Source: Paraspadella gotoi
Lineage: Eukaryota > Animalia > Chaetognatha
Reading direction: 5' to 3'
Length of the DNA: 64,000 nt
NCBI GenBank assembly: GCA_051294375.1
Contig: CM119265.1
Location: 13,198,124 to 13,262,123, forward strand
Numbering within the stretch: position 1 is the stretch's first letter; every line of letters starts with the position of its first letter. Of the stretch, positions 1-61,691 are shown piece after piece. Both the position numbers and the translations under genes were made by a program. The notes under the pieces were generated by a model that had not been told where the DNA came from, did not search any database, and saw nothing but the letters and a program-made list of their open reading frames with translations.

Positions 1-496
1 TTCTTTTCATACTTTCATAGAATTGAAAGGGGTGACAAAAAGTAAATAAAGTCAACTCGACAAATTGTTATTTACTATTTATAACCTACTTTTCACCTAC
101 TGCGTTTTCATTTGTTATTGCTTCACGGCATTTCACTTTTCCCCGTGACAAAACGCCGAGGAGACTGACGTCTCGTCAACCTCACTTAATCTCACCGCGA
201 CAATTGGACTCACGCCCGTGACGTGAACAAGGGTGGCCCACTGGCCCCGCGTCTTGTTGCGACTTGTCGGAATTTTTACTCTCCTCTTTCCCAACGAAAG
301 ACGACAACGACCATGTCGCTTGTCACTTATGACGAAAGCCTTTCTCGCAAATTCTGGCCTCCGTTTCACGTAATTACTTTTCTCTTTCGCTTTAGCCAAA
401 ATATATTCGTTATGCTTCAAGTTACAAGTCGATTTGCTGTTGAGCGTCTCTTCAATTTGTAGTACAAATAGCGAATTTCTGAAACAAGCTGCTCTT

Positions 497-567
<71 letters not shown>

Positions 568-2081
568 ATCTGTTCGAATCTTTCTTTCTTTCTCTCTCTT
601 TGTCATTAACATGTTGTTATCCTTTTGCCTCTTCGCACCCTCGCTTCTTAAATTATGCAGACCGATGATAAACTACCGCGTTAACCTTTTATCCTTTTTC
701 CGGTTCGGCTTCAAATTTGTAACTCGGTTTCCCGACCAAAAAAAAATGGTGGGTTCGCGTAGCCGACTTTAATAATTCATCGATTTAACTAATTTTTCCG
801 CCCCCAAAAATAAATTAACTAAAGTGTTAATATTCATCTTGTAAATTTCCTAATTACTCAACCATTGACTTCACCCAACCGTGGTGGGAAATGAGGCACA
901 GTTGATCATAAAACGATAAACATGTGTTGGTAAAAGATATAAATTTCTCTTTAGAAAAAAGGGGGAAAAAATTCGTGGTGCCGGTGGCGGGCAACAAAAC
1001 AATTTGTCTTCGTCCGGCGGTCCATTTCCTCTTTCTGTCTGTCTTTCTTTCTTTCTTTCTTTTTTTCTTTTTTTCTTTCTTTCTTTCCCTATTTCTTTCT
1101 TTTCTTTTTTCTTTCTATGTTTTTTATTATTACCTGGTCAAATGAAAGCTACAAAGAAATGGATACAATTTATTTTTAATTATGATTTAATTTCGAACGA
1201 AAAGTGTTTTATCCATAAAAACAGTTTAAAAAATTTTTAAAAAGGTAAACAAATGTAAACAGAGCATAAAATTAAATGCCACTTAATTGCTAAACAAAAA
1301 AAATATAACTACCTACGCTCTGCGAAGTTATTTACTTCCAATTTATTACACTAATAAAAAAATCCAATATTTAATAAAAAAAAAAAGGAAAAATAATTTT
1401 CCGAAAAATTTCGATTCTCGCAAAAAAAAAAAAAAAAAAAATTTCAGTCGTTATTAACTTTATGAAAGTTGCAACATTGTATTGACTATCCTAATCTTCG
1501 CCACAATTAAATTTGCGCGCGTTCTCGTTTTAATTAAGCCTAACTATAACTAATCTCACTGTCCTCTGAACGCGCTACAACTTGCGTATATATATCGCCC
1601 TTAACCTCTCAGATTATCGTCCCTACAACCCCCTTGAGTTTTCTTCAGCCCTCCCATCTGCCTTGAACCATCTTTTTTATGGCTATTCCGTCGTCGTCGT
1701 CATTTTCGTCGTCGTCGTCGTCATTTTCGTCGTCGTCGTCGTCCGGACGTCGTCGATGTCGTCGTTGTAGTTTATGGCGACGACTACGAGAAGCGAAAGA
1801 AACCGAAAGGATCCATTTTCGTCGTTATCGTCGTCGTCGTCGTCGTCGTCGTCTTCGATGATGTCGGAGTCGCATCTGTAACGTCCGGGTCGTCGTTAGT
1901 AGCTCGAACTGTATTATAGCGAGACAAAAAAAACTTAATATAATACTATTATATATAATATATATAATATATATAATACTATTATTAATAGTATATTCTT
2001 TTCTTCTCCTTCAACAGGTGCCAGACTTAAACTGTTGACAAAAGAACAATTTCGTTTAATAAGGCGACTGTTGAGTGTTGA

Positions 2082-2245
2082 CTCATCTATAACGGCTTTA
2101 TCGACGAGTGGTGCCTCATCTGTAGTAGGGATTGACGGTAAATACCTCATCTGTAGCAACGGTATTGACAATAGATGCCTCATCTGTAACATCGATATCG
2201 AAGAGTGGTGCCCGATCTGTCGCAACGGTTTAAAAGATCGTCCGG
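2082..2245. repeat. Diverged 33 bp minisatellite, 5 units
   Basis: CTCATCTGT-anchored units of 33, 31, 33, 33 and 33 bp. Confidence 0.75.
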
Positions 2246-2665
2246 CTATCAAACAGCAAAGATGCAGACTTTGTTGTCCAGAGGTGAGGAAAATTAAAGG
2301 AAGTAAGAAATAAATATGATTTTAAATAAAATACTACCGTAGGAGAATGTATGATAAAATATATACGTTTTAATACTTGTATTAACGAATAATTTGATAC
2401 ATAAATGAATAAATATAACCAGGCAAAGTATTTCCCGATTTACCGCAGATCCACATGTTGAGTCTTGAGAGACACAAATTTTTCGCCTCCAGAAAAAGAG
2501 ACATCCTCTTTTTTTTCCTTCTCTCTCATGATATCAGAACCACTTTTCTCCTCGCCCTTTGCCGCTGCTGTTGCAGCTTGTTGCAGCTGCTGAAGCTGCT
2601 TAATGAAAGGCTCCAGATTTATGTTTCTGGCCAAAAAAAAAGGCGGAGAAAAAAAAACGGTGGGG

Positions 2666-2734
<69 letters not shown>

Positions 2735-3136
2735 AGAGAGAGAGAGAGAGAGTTTTGCTCCTGCGCCAGTAACTCTGTTTTAACGCAGTCGAAAAATTGT
2801 AGCGTTTACGTTAAATGCAGCTGCAAAGCATTACAGACGACCGATCGTTTTCTACGATTGCTGTCGCCGTTTGAACGACGTTCGCTTCACGCCGACCATC
2901 TTGTATTTTACGCCCCCCGTTTTTTTTTTGCGTGCAACGTCGTTGCGTGCAGCGTCGTTTATGCGTAACGTAGCGTAGACGACATGAATTGGTAATAAAA
3001 AGAAGGGGAGGAAAAAAACATCTTTCAAACCATCATCGTACGTCGCAAGTCATGAATTTCCCCGCGCCTCCATAATGTAATATCTCTCGTGGAAAATAAG
3101 CGGTTAACGTAAACTTCTCTCTCTCTTCTCTCTCCT

Positions 3137-3182
<46 letters not shown>

Positions 3183-3229
3183 TCTCTCTCTCTTCTCTCT
3201 CTCTCCTCTTCTTCTCTCTCTCTCCTCTC

Positions 3230-3275
<46 letters not shown>

Positions 3276-3634
3276 GAACGAAACATATAAAGCATATAAC
3301 CATAAAGAAAAACCTCTTCCTCCTCCTGTTTTGATGATCGTAAACAACCGAGGCTGTTTGCATCACATAAAGTCCTGACTGTATCAACGATTTATTTCTT
3401 AATATTCTTTATTATTCTTTAGGATTTTTTCCTTAATAAGAAAGGATAGGTAGTATTTTTCAGAGATGTATTATTTTTCCTAAATTGAACGGAGAGTCGT
3501 TTCGTAAAACATTTCAATTTTCTCCGCGTATATTTTCGTTTCTTCGCGCAATTTTTTGTCCGTTGCGAATAACATAGGTGTCAAGGGCGCCATAGAGAGA
3601 GAGAGAGAGAGGAAGAGAGAGAGAGAGGAGAGAG

Positions 3635-3708
<74 letters not shown>

Positions 3709-3761
3709 CGAATTATACGCAGACTCTCAACTCAGAATATACTATTTTCTTTCTCTTTAAG

Positions 3762-4298
3762 CGGCGGCCGCTTCTTCGACCGACCTATCCTCACCGGTGG
3801 GTCACATGACCTACCAGCCCGGTCACCATCCCGGTCACGCCCACTACAATCAGCCAGTCAGAAGCCAGGACGATCATCAGCCAATCAGGAGTCCGATCGT
3901 CGGCGGAACGTCGAGAATTCGAAGACAGGATCGTCAACTCACGCCTTTCGTTAAAAGTGAGCGAATCGGGGACGAAAGTGGGGCGAGGGGTTTTCTGGGA
4001 TTTTCGGCATTTCTGTATTTTGACATTCCGGCATTTCTTACTGAACTGCGCGTCGAAAGCTTCGAATCTCGTTAAATTCAAAGCTTATGTTTTTTAAAAT
4101 GTTTTTTTTTCTTTCGTCGTCGTCGTTCGTTATCGTTGTCGTTGTTGTTGTTGCTGCTCTGAATGCAAATAGCAGTCCCCTGAAAAGATGAAGTCGGCTG
4201 ATTTACGAGGCGTCGTCATCATTTTAAGGGTTAATCGAGAACCAGCGAGACGCCGTGGCCTTGGATAAGGGAAACTTCTTTGACTGGCTGGAGGAAAG

Positions 4299-4332
<34 letters not shown>

Positions 4333-5716
4333 TCTATTGTTTCCCTCGTGTTTTGTTTCCCCACTTTTCTCTCACCGTTCTTGTCCGCTTCTTCCTCCTT
4401 TTTATAAAGTTGCTTCTCCTTCCTTCTTTATCCCATTTTTCCTTCACGTCTTTCACTTTTTTGCTCCTTTTTTCTTTTTTCCTTACCTCGTTTCTTTTCC
4501 ACTTCCCTCCTTCCTCCCTTACTTCTCCTTTTCTTCCCTTTTCTTTCCTTTTTTTCCACAACCTTCATTAATTTTTTTCCTTCTTTCCATCTCCATCTCC
4601 ACTGCGATCTTTCCTCCCCGGTTTCCTTCTTCTTCCGCTTTAACTCCGAACTTCTTCTCTCCCTTTCCTCCCTTTCCTCCCTCACTTATTCCTCGCCTCC
4701 CTTTTCCGGGAATAAGTGAGGGAGGTGAAAAAGAGAGAGAAAATGAGGATGAAAAGAAAAGTGGAGGCGAGGAATAAGTGAGGGAGGAAAGGAGAAAAAG
4801 AGAGAAGAAAAGTGAGGATGTAGGAAAAAGAAAATGGAGGNNNNNNNNNNNNNNNNNNNNNNNNNNNNNNNNNNNNNNNNNNNNNNNNNNNNNNNNNNNN
4901 NNNNNNNNNNNNNNNNNNNNNNNNNNNNNNNNNNNNNNNNNNNNNNNNNNNNNNNNNNNNNNNNNNNNNNNNNNNNNNNNNNNNNNNNNNNNNNNNNNNN
5001 NNNNNNNNNNNNNNNNNNNNNNNNNNNNNNNNNNNNNNNNNNNNNNNNNNNNNNNNNNNNNNNNNNNNNNNNNNNNNNNNNNNNNNNNNNNNNNNNNNNN
5101 NNNNNNNNNNNNNNNNNNNNNNNNNNNNNNNNNNNNNNNNNNNNNNNNNNNNNNNNNNNNNNNNNNNNNNNNNNNNNNNNNNNNNNNNNNNNNNNNNNNN
5201 NNNNNNNNNNNNNNNNNNNNNNNNNNNNNNNNNNNNNNNNNNNNNNNNNNNNNNNNNNNNNNNNNNNNNNNNNNNNNNNNNNNNNNNNNNNNNNNNNNNN
5301 NNNNNNNNNNNNNNNNNNNNNNNNNNNNNNNNNNNNNNNNNNNNNNNNNNNNNNNNNNNNNNNNNNNNNNNNNNNNNNNNNNNNNNNNNNNNNNNNNNNN
5401 NNNNNNNNTCGCCTCCCTTTTCCTTTTCATCCTCATTTTCCTCTCTCCTTTCCTCCCCTTTTTCCCCGCCAGGTGGCTGCCCTTCGAGCGCCGGGTTTTG
5501 CCCCCCTCATTATCGCCCCCTCGACTCTCAAACCCCGGCCGCCTCCACCGCCCTTTCACCCCTTTCCCCAGCGACGCCCATCGACCCCTCGGGACCCCAC
5601 GACTACAGGGGCACTTCCCTGGACGCCGAGCCAGGGGGGCAGGGCCTCTACACGGGTGCCTCTAGACTCATGGCCTCTGCCTCGCATCCGCTCAGTGGTA
5701 AGTAATTTAACAGCTG

Positions 5717-5785
<69 letters not shown>

Positions 5786-7357
5786 TTCTCTCTCTCTCTC
5801 TCTATCTCTCTCTTTTTTTCTCTCTCTCTCATTCTTTTTTTTTCTCTTATCATGTTTTTTTTCTCATCATGGAAAACAGGGCGGTTCCCGCGGAAATTTC
5901 GTCCTTGAATAAAATCGACTGATTAATAAAAACATTATTTCTCACGCGATTTTTTTTTCTCTCTCTCTCTCTCTCACGGTTCCATTTCATGCAAACCATG
6001 TACTTAATACCATAATGAGTTTTTGAACGGGTGCTCAAGGAAAACGAATAATTTTTTTCCTTTAATGAGAAAATTCTTCATTTCAACATTTTGTTATTTT
6101 TTTTTGTCATCATAAAAAAAAAGTTTTTCCCCTCTTTTTTCATATTTTCTCTCCCGATCGGCTTTTTTCATTTATATTATTTGTTTATTATTTCTGGCAG
6201 CGCGTTTTGCTCCTCGTCCCCAGAGCCGATTGAGGCGGAATTGTTTTTCTTTCGGCTCGGGTCTCAGATTAAGTCCTTCCCTTTATTTGCTCTCCTTCCC
6301 CGGCCAATCCCCGGCCAATCTCCTTTTTCGACGTCCCCATTGCCAGATTCCAGTCTTTCTCTTCCACCTTGGCCATGTGTCTGTCATCTTTAGTTTCTTG
6401 TCACGTCTTGTAACATTCTCCCATCCACTTATTGAAGAGATTTTTTATAAATTGAACTAAANNNNNNNNNNTCAATAACAATTAAAGAACACAATTTATT
6501 AACTGAGAAAAGAATAACCGTAAAAGGTCAAGAACCTACCATCACAGAGTAGTTTTTTTTTTAAACAGACAAATTTTTTTCAAACTTTCAAAGTTTGTAC
6601 CGAAGCTTTATCGGCGGCATGATGGTCTTCCATCTTCATCAGTGGGTTAAAGAAAATGTTTAGTAATTTTTTTCCATCCTCCAAAAAAATTGTTGCATAA
6701 ATCAAGTCCGACGGAGGCGGATCTTATGAAAAATTTCGTCCGTCCGTCCATTTTCATTTAGCTGGGCGAAAGAAAAAAATAACTTTAGCTAACCCTATAA
6801 AGTATACTAACAATAAAATCAAACTCAGCTCAGTTTACTCGGCTGAAAATTTAAAAAGCTCGTTTTTTTACGTAAAAAGGGTTGCTTTCTTTTAAAACGA
6901 CGAAACTGTGAAATTCTCAAACTCTTCCTTACTGTCTTTAATCTTTCTCTCCGCGTGCGGTAAAAATCATTTCGTATTTTTACATTGCAAAGGCAAATTT
7001 ATTAAATATTTATATACATGAATTATTCTTTTTTTCACGAAATTGAATTTAATTCCCTTTATATGTAGGTATATACTATACATTCATCAGACGCCACAAC
7101 TTTGTAAGTTGTCCTTACACTTCTTCCTCATCCAATTCCTTTTCCACCTCCTTCTCATAATCCCACCTCCATTTAACTCGAATATCACCCCCCCCCGATC
7201 TCAGTCCCCTCAAACGGGGTATCACCCCCACGCGCCAGAAGCCCCCTCCTCCCCCACCGCCGCCTCTGCCTTCGAACACAAGTACTCTTCTCTTCACATC
7301 AGAGATTTCAATCTCGACTCCTCCTTTCATCTCAGCCGGTCCTACGCCCGAAGACTG
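3762..7357 (+). CDS. Internal exons of an unidentified Pro/Ser/His-rich low-complexity protein (both ends unresolved)
   Basis: Exons 3762-3956 (AASSTDLSSPVGHMTYQPGHHPGHAHYNQP..LTPFVK; phase 1-1), 5473-5697 (GCPSSAGFCPPHYRP..ASHPLS|gtaagt; phase 1-1), microexon 7091-7103 and 7205-7357 (PLKRGITPTRQKPPPPPPPLP..PTPED|gtgagt). They are GC-rich islands with good splice sites and compatible phases. No domain recognised. Confidence 0.55.
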
Positions 7358-9073
7358 GTGAGTGATCAACTGATCACGACTTGTGATTGTGTGTGATCGT
7401 GATATGGATTGTTGTGGATGAGAAGTTATTTGTTGAGGATTACAAGTTATTGTTATTGTTAGTGATTGTATGCGATTGTAACTCATTGCTGGTCAAATGT
7501 TCGAGCTTAACCCACTCTCTTGAGGATTGATTAGTGAAATGAGATATTTCCGTCGCCCTGTACATTGTACAATAATAAACTGTGTACATGATATCTATGA
7601 AAGTTTTGGATTGTCGATTTTCTTTTAGCAAGACGATAGGTCTTGCAAAATCAACCCAACTTGTTAAGTAAAAACTGAACTTTTCAAAATAAACAAAGTG
7701 GGGCGCGATATTTTTTTTTGGGAAAGAATTAGTCAAAAGTTAGTTGAGCGTATATTAGCTTGAGAATTACGATTTTAAATCCAGTCGGGTTTGAGTTGGT
7801 TGAAGCAATTGAGACGAATGAGAACCGAGGGGGGGGGTAAGGGGCGGGGAGGGGGGTGTGAGGAAATCGCGGAATCGAATTTTCTCTTCAACTTTTAGTC
7901 GTTTTTATTTTAGGTCATTTTATTCGGGGTCGAGTTGGGAACTACGATAAACTGCCACTCCAGTTTGGAACTGGTTTTGTCAGAAAGAAGAAATCCATTC
8001 CATTGGAAGCTGTAAATTGAAAACAAAAGGAGATGAAAAGATCAAAGAACAGAGTTATGTTTTGTTAAAACTAAACAAAGGTTTGGGTACAATGAGAATA
8101 AGAAGTTTTACCCTTATCTTTCTTTGCTATTATTCACCGGTAATAATTCTTCTAGAAATAACGATATTTTCCGCATATTTTTCGCCGGTTTGGAGAAAGC
8201 CATGAATTTTGCCATGGTGAGCCTCTCCCATAATTTAGCGGAACCTTCTTTGTTTTGTTTATGACCATTGCCCAGTGCCCAATGCCCATGGAGGCCTTTG
8301 TATTGTTCACGAGGGGATGCAAGTTCTTGACTCGAGCTTAGAATTCATCGTGAAAAAAAAAACGAAAAAAAAAACAAAAGAAGAATCGACATTCGCCTTT
8401 TGTTTTTTGCTGTTTTTCTTCTCTCGATTATAATTCGAGCCAATGTTTTTATTTCTCTACTAAAAAATTTCCGACTGAGCCGAGGGAGAATTGAAGGAAA
8501 GTTAGTTGAAAATTGAATCCATTTTTTTAAACTTTTAATACATACAGACGGAGAATAACAATTGAGAAGTATAATAGTTAACAGAATTAGTTTCTTTTTA
8601 AGTCGGGTCTAGGTTATTATTTCGACAAACTAGGACTATTTTAATTTTTTTTTTTCGAAAGATAGGAACGAGGAAACGAGGTCAGGCGAAGGAAATGCAA
8701 GTCTAATTTAAATGGTTTTCAAAAAAGTAAAACAAAGAGGAGGTTTGACTGGAAATCGTGAAGGCCTTTGCTAAAAATAGTAGGACGAATGGGCGTGCGG
8801 GCAAAAAAGCAAGGAAGAACCGTGGAGGCGTCGTGGGAGCGAGCGGGCTTGGAATGACACAGACGGGCAATTGGATAGTGAGGACATGCGATAGCACGAG
8901 CAGACTTCGGAGTCGAATTGAGGAACTCTTAAAAAGCCATCAAATGGATGGAAGATTCCTAAGAGACGGAGAGAACCCTGCCGGCGCCAAGGCGAAGTTC
9001 GTCGCCCTGGGCGGAAGCGGAATCAAAACCGAAACTCAAAATGGTGTTTGGAAACGAATTTCGAAGTTGACGA

Positions 9074-9136
<63 letters not shown>

Positions 9137-10339
9137 CGTCGAAATTGAGTTTCGTCCTAATGAAAAAAAATCCTCGGTCCTTTTTATTCGAATTCGGATT
9201 GATGTCGCGGTCGAAGGGGAGGGTAAGGTACATCCGGGTAAGGGGGTTTTAACGGTGAGACGAGATCTGGGCTGGGGATTTAAGCGAAAATCCGCGTAGG
9301 CGAGTAAGGAAGCCGGGGAAAAAATAATCGAAGCGACGCCAGGCGGGGGATTATGGGTTTTATGACGAATGAGGCCGAGGTGAGGCAAAGGTGAGGTCGA
9401 CTTTGGACGCGTCAGATCGTGGGTGGGGGTGGAGGAGGAGAGGGTGAGTTGGTTGAGGTAAATGGGCGAGGAGGGCCTCGTCGATGGGTGACGGTTCCAT
9501 CGAGGATGAATCCAAGGTAATCAGAATCTCAATGACGAGGAGTGAAAAGGGGAATTCCGAAAAAAAGAGAATTTTCCGGGTTTTAAATGGAGGAAAATTC
9601 GATGGGAATTCAGGGTGAATTCGAAATGGAAGTTGTATGGGGATTTTTCGAGTGTGAGATCCAAAGGAATGTGTTTGAAATCACTACTGACGCTTCAGTT
9701 CAATTGGACTTTAAAAGTTAAAAGTGAGTGACAAAGGAAAAAAATATCGAATTTGTTGAGTTTCAAACTTTTAAAATAAATTCGAATTCTTAAATTCAAA
9801 CTTCTTTGCTAAACCACCTTCCTGTTTTATGAAATCAGTAATGTGAGTCAGAATCAAAACTGAGAGGAAAAGGTTAGTAAAGGGCATTCACGGAGAAGAA
9901 GAAGAAAGGGAAAGTTAAGCGGGTGATCACGTGAGGTGAGAAAGATTAAGAAAAAGGTGAGAAGAAAAGATATTGGGTAATGAACGAAGATGAACTCGTG
10001 AGCGACGCGTGAGTTTGTGAAAGAAGCAAACAAAAAAATAAGGTAAGGGTAGTTATGGCGAGCGGCCATTAGGAAACCGAGCAACAGTAATTACAGCAAC
10101 GACCGATTTATGGGAAGAGAATAATGACGCTTGAAGGGAAATGATTCACGGAAAGAAAAAAAAGAAAAGAAAGAAAAAGAAGGAAGTAATGAATGAAAGG
10201 GAAATGGAAGAGAATGGAAATCGGCGGGAGAATTTTTTTGGAACGCCGTTTCACAGTCACACAGTCACACAGTCGCACAGTCACTGATTTACTCTGTTGA
10301 CAAAGAGAGAAGGAGATCTTGACAAAGAGACAGACAGTG

Positions 10340-56949
<46,610 letters not shown>

Positions 56950-57596
56950 GCGGCGCCGACGAATACTGAAGACGACGACAACTGCGTTCGACGACGACGA
57001 CGACGACGACCGCAGGATTTAAAAAAAAAAATTTCTAAAATAATACTTAGTAGTTTTTTCTTCCATCGTTTACATTAGACGCTAGTTTTCGCAATTATTT
57101 TTCGTGCACCATGTTTTTAAGCAAAATTAATTTAAAAAAATCTATTCGTGTAATTATTTCCCTCCCTCCTCCCTGGCCTTCCTCGCGTATGTTTAAAAAA
57201 AAAAAACAAAACCCGATTGTTGTGTTAATTAACAGAGTAATTTCTTCTGTTACGATACATCTCTCTAAATATTTATAGGTAGAATGTATTCTTTTTTTTT
57301 ATAGAAAATTGTTATCATCGTGGATCATTTTTCTCCCTCTTAGTCGTTTTTTTTTTTCATTTGTTTGTCCGAAAGCTATGGTATAATTCTTATTACGAAA
57401 ATTGTGATATGCTGCGACTCATGTCACAAACAGATAAAAAAAATGTGGCGGCTGTGAATGATTGTGCAGTGCCTCACAATTGCGTTTAATTTTCAATCTT
57501 CTGTCGATTGTTCGTCTTCTGGGTCGAGGAGTTAGTGTTTCTAGTCAAGCTATTGAAGGACTATTTAACTCAATTAAAAAAAAAAAATCATAAATA

Positions 57597-58491
57597 CAGA
57601 TCTGCTCAAAAAAAGTTTAAACTTTGAACCCCCTACTATCTCGCTTGTTTGTCGTCCTATTGATTAAAACTTGGGTTTATATGAAAGCCGAGACAAATAT
57701 CTTTTATTCGAAGCCATAACAACGTTTTAAGGCTAAATATTATAGAAGCAGTGCTAAAATCAAAAAATGGATCAAAATTTTATCTTACAATTTCCTTTTT
57801 TGCGAAAAAAATTTCTTATTTATCTTTGTTTTTGTTTTTTTACCATAAAAACTTCAAAACAGCTAAACCCCAAAAAGAAAGCTGAACTTTGGAAGGCGGG
57901 TTTGTCAAGATATAGGATCGCCAAATAGCTTCATTTCTCTCCTACAGCCATCTGCAGAGTTGTCAACAAATTTGAAGCAACTGGAAACCTTGGACGAGCT
58001 GTTGGAAGCAAGCGGCCTTGCATGTCCACAAAGAGCAAGGACGATGACCTGGAAAGTCTCGCAATTCAAGACCGTAAGGCTTCTGCAAGCCAGTTGAGAA
58101 AAAAATGGAGAGAAGAGGAATTGTTGCCAGACATTTAACAGTAAATGGGAGGCTTTTCATGGAGGATAGAGCTCCTGGATACAAAGCCAAAGCCCCCCCA
58201 AAATTTAATGAGGAAAATGTCTGGTCAAGGATGGAAAGGGACATTTTGCAGTACAACGCAATGACAGTCGACAAAATAAAAAAAAATTTAAAACGCATTT
58301 GGGGAAGCTGAACCCTTCATATTTGCCCAGCCTCTACGACTCTCTCCCTCGTCTCATGGAAATGGTGCTGGAAGCAAATGGTGGTCCGGCAATGTATTAA
58401 CTAACTGAATCCTAAAAAGTGTTATTTTCCTTCAAATAACGAAATAAAATGCTTTTATCATAACTACTAAACTTTTTTTGGAGCAGATCTG
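57597..58491 (+). mobile_element. Internally deleted, non-autonomous Tc1/mariner transposon
   Basis: TIRs CAGATCTGCTC(C)AAAAAAAGTTTA at both ends, flanked by TA at 57595-57596 and 58492-58493. Frameshifted transposase remnants: FMEDRAPGYKAK (cf. QQDNAPxH), ENVWSRMER and LNPSYLPSLYDSLPRLMEMVLEANGGPAMY* (typical Tc1 C-terminus). The WPxxSPDLNPI segment is missing. Confidence 0.9.
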
Positions 58492-59484
58492 TACATAATA
58501 ATTCAATTCGATAATTTGAATAAAAATTTAAAAAATGGGCAGTGTTAACAAAGTGTAACGCTCAAACTTATTTCCATCTTTACCAAAAACAAATTAATCT
58601 ATCAATTACGGTTTCGGTCTTAGTTTAAATGAATTTTTTAAAACAGGGATAGTTTAAAAATGAGGCGCTATTAGTAAACCCTTTGTTGAACCTCTGTTCA
58701 GAAATTATAAAAGTCATCTGTCATCGTTACATTCATTTGATTTTTTAACTCGGCCTAATAGTTTAAAATTCCCCTCATTTTTAGTAAAATCTTTTTTCGG
58801 GCACCACTACGTTTCTTATTTCACAGAATATTCTATTTTTTTGCTTTGCGTGCCAAAATTCACGTCGTGTTAATGTGAAACATACTAACAAGTTGGTTCC
58901 GTCTGTTACTGTTGCACTTTGTGGCTATCATAGTTTAGAGTATAAATACAGATGTTTAGTCATCAATTTGTAACTAATTTCTTTCGCAAGAGTCGTTATT
59001 AGTTTAAGAATTACAAAGTAGATATAAAGGCAGGTTGCAGGAGTAATTTTTTTGGAACAAGGTTCGCCAAATTTTTATAAAAGTTGTCGGAAGTTTTTTT
59101 CAACGTTCACGAGAGTCGATTATAACTATTACTAAACCATTAATAAGTTTTATTCACTTATAATCTAATTCGTGAAAACCTATTCTGACAGACGGCATGA
59201 GATGCTCTTTTTTTGCACATTAGCAAGATCGGGATGAGAGCTACCCTCCCGCGGAAGAGTTTTCAGCATCATGCAATAAAAGATCAGTAACCGTAGTCAG
59301 ATCAGAAAGGAAAAACCTAAAGGAACCCTTGCGCCAAAGCGAGAAGAAAAAGAGAGAAAAAGAGAGAGAGAGAGAGAGAGGAGATGAGGAGGAGAAGAGA
59401 GAGGAGAGAGAGAGAGAGAGAGAGAGTGAGAGACAAGAGTGCGAACTCTTCGCTGCCCCATCTTGTTATTTTTTTTCCGGTACG

Positions 59485-59497
59485 GTTGCCAAGCGAC
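59485..59497. promoter_or_regulatory. Candidate RFX X-box upstream of RABL2
   Basis: GTTGCCAAGCGAC fits GTNRCC-N(0-3)-RGYRAC and lies ~520 bp upstream of the ATG of a ciliary gene. Motif match only. Confidence 0.45.
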
Positions 59498-60018
59498 GGC
59501 GTCCCGGCTGCACGGAGTTCCTACCCAAAGAAAATGAACCGTTGAAAAAGTCCGGAGGAACGAATCCAGGGCGGAGCAACGACGCTTCCCTTTTATTAAA
59601 GTCCAGGTCCGCGTGTCTCTTTTATATGTCATGTCTCTGTCGGTCTTTCTCTCAATAACCTCGACGCCTCGAGGAATACCTTAAAATAAAGAGAGGACGA
59701 CGACGACAACGACGACGAGGGTTTGCGTGTTCTGCAATTGTCCACGAATTCCTTCTTCCAAAATCTTCGCCTTTTACTTTGATTGTTTAACTTTGACGTA
59801 TTTAGAAGAAAAATCCATCAACGGAATAAAAAAAAAAAACAAAAAAACAAACGTGGAAACATGGAAACGACGCAAGCGTTTAACCGTGATTTTACAGAAT
59901 AAAAACGAGACAAAACGGTCGCTCACTTTGAGCGCTTCGTTTCGTCGGAGGGTGGTATAACATAGGACGCCTTCTGGACCTCCAGCGTCAACGGCCGGAC
60001 CTTTCTTCGTCGAACACG

Positions 60019-61691
<1,673 letters not shown>

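Noticed and set aside
5473-5697. Resemblance of the upstream gene to a Pax2/5/8-type C-terminus (PGGQGLY)
   Set aside because: Only a few residues match in low-complexity sequence, and there is no DNA-binding domain in the window.
6615-6646. Hammerhead-like CTGATGA plus GATGG/CCATC stem on the minus strand; also CTGATGA at ~47094 and ~55605
   Set aside because: Each lacks either the GAAA box or a paired stem II.
9023-9520. GC-rich ~165-codon open frame on the minus strand
   Set aside because: No start codon or acceptor, no domain, and partly (GAC)n-derived.
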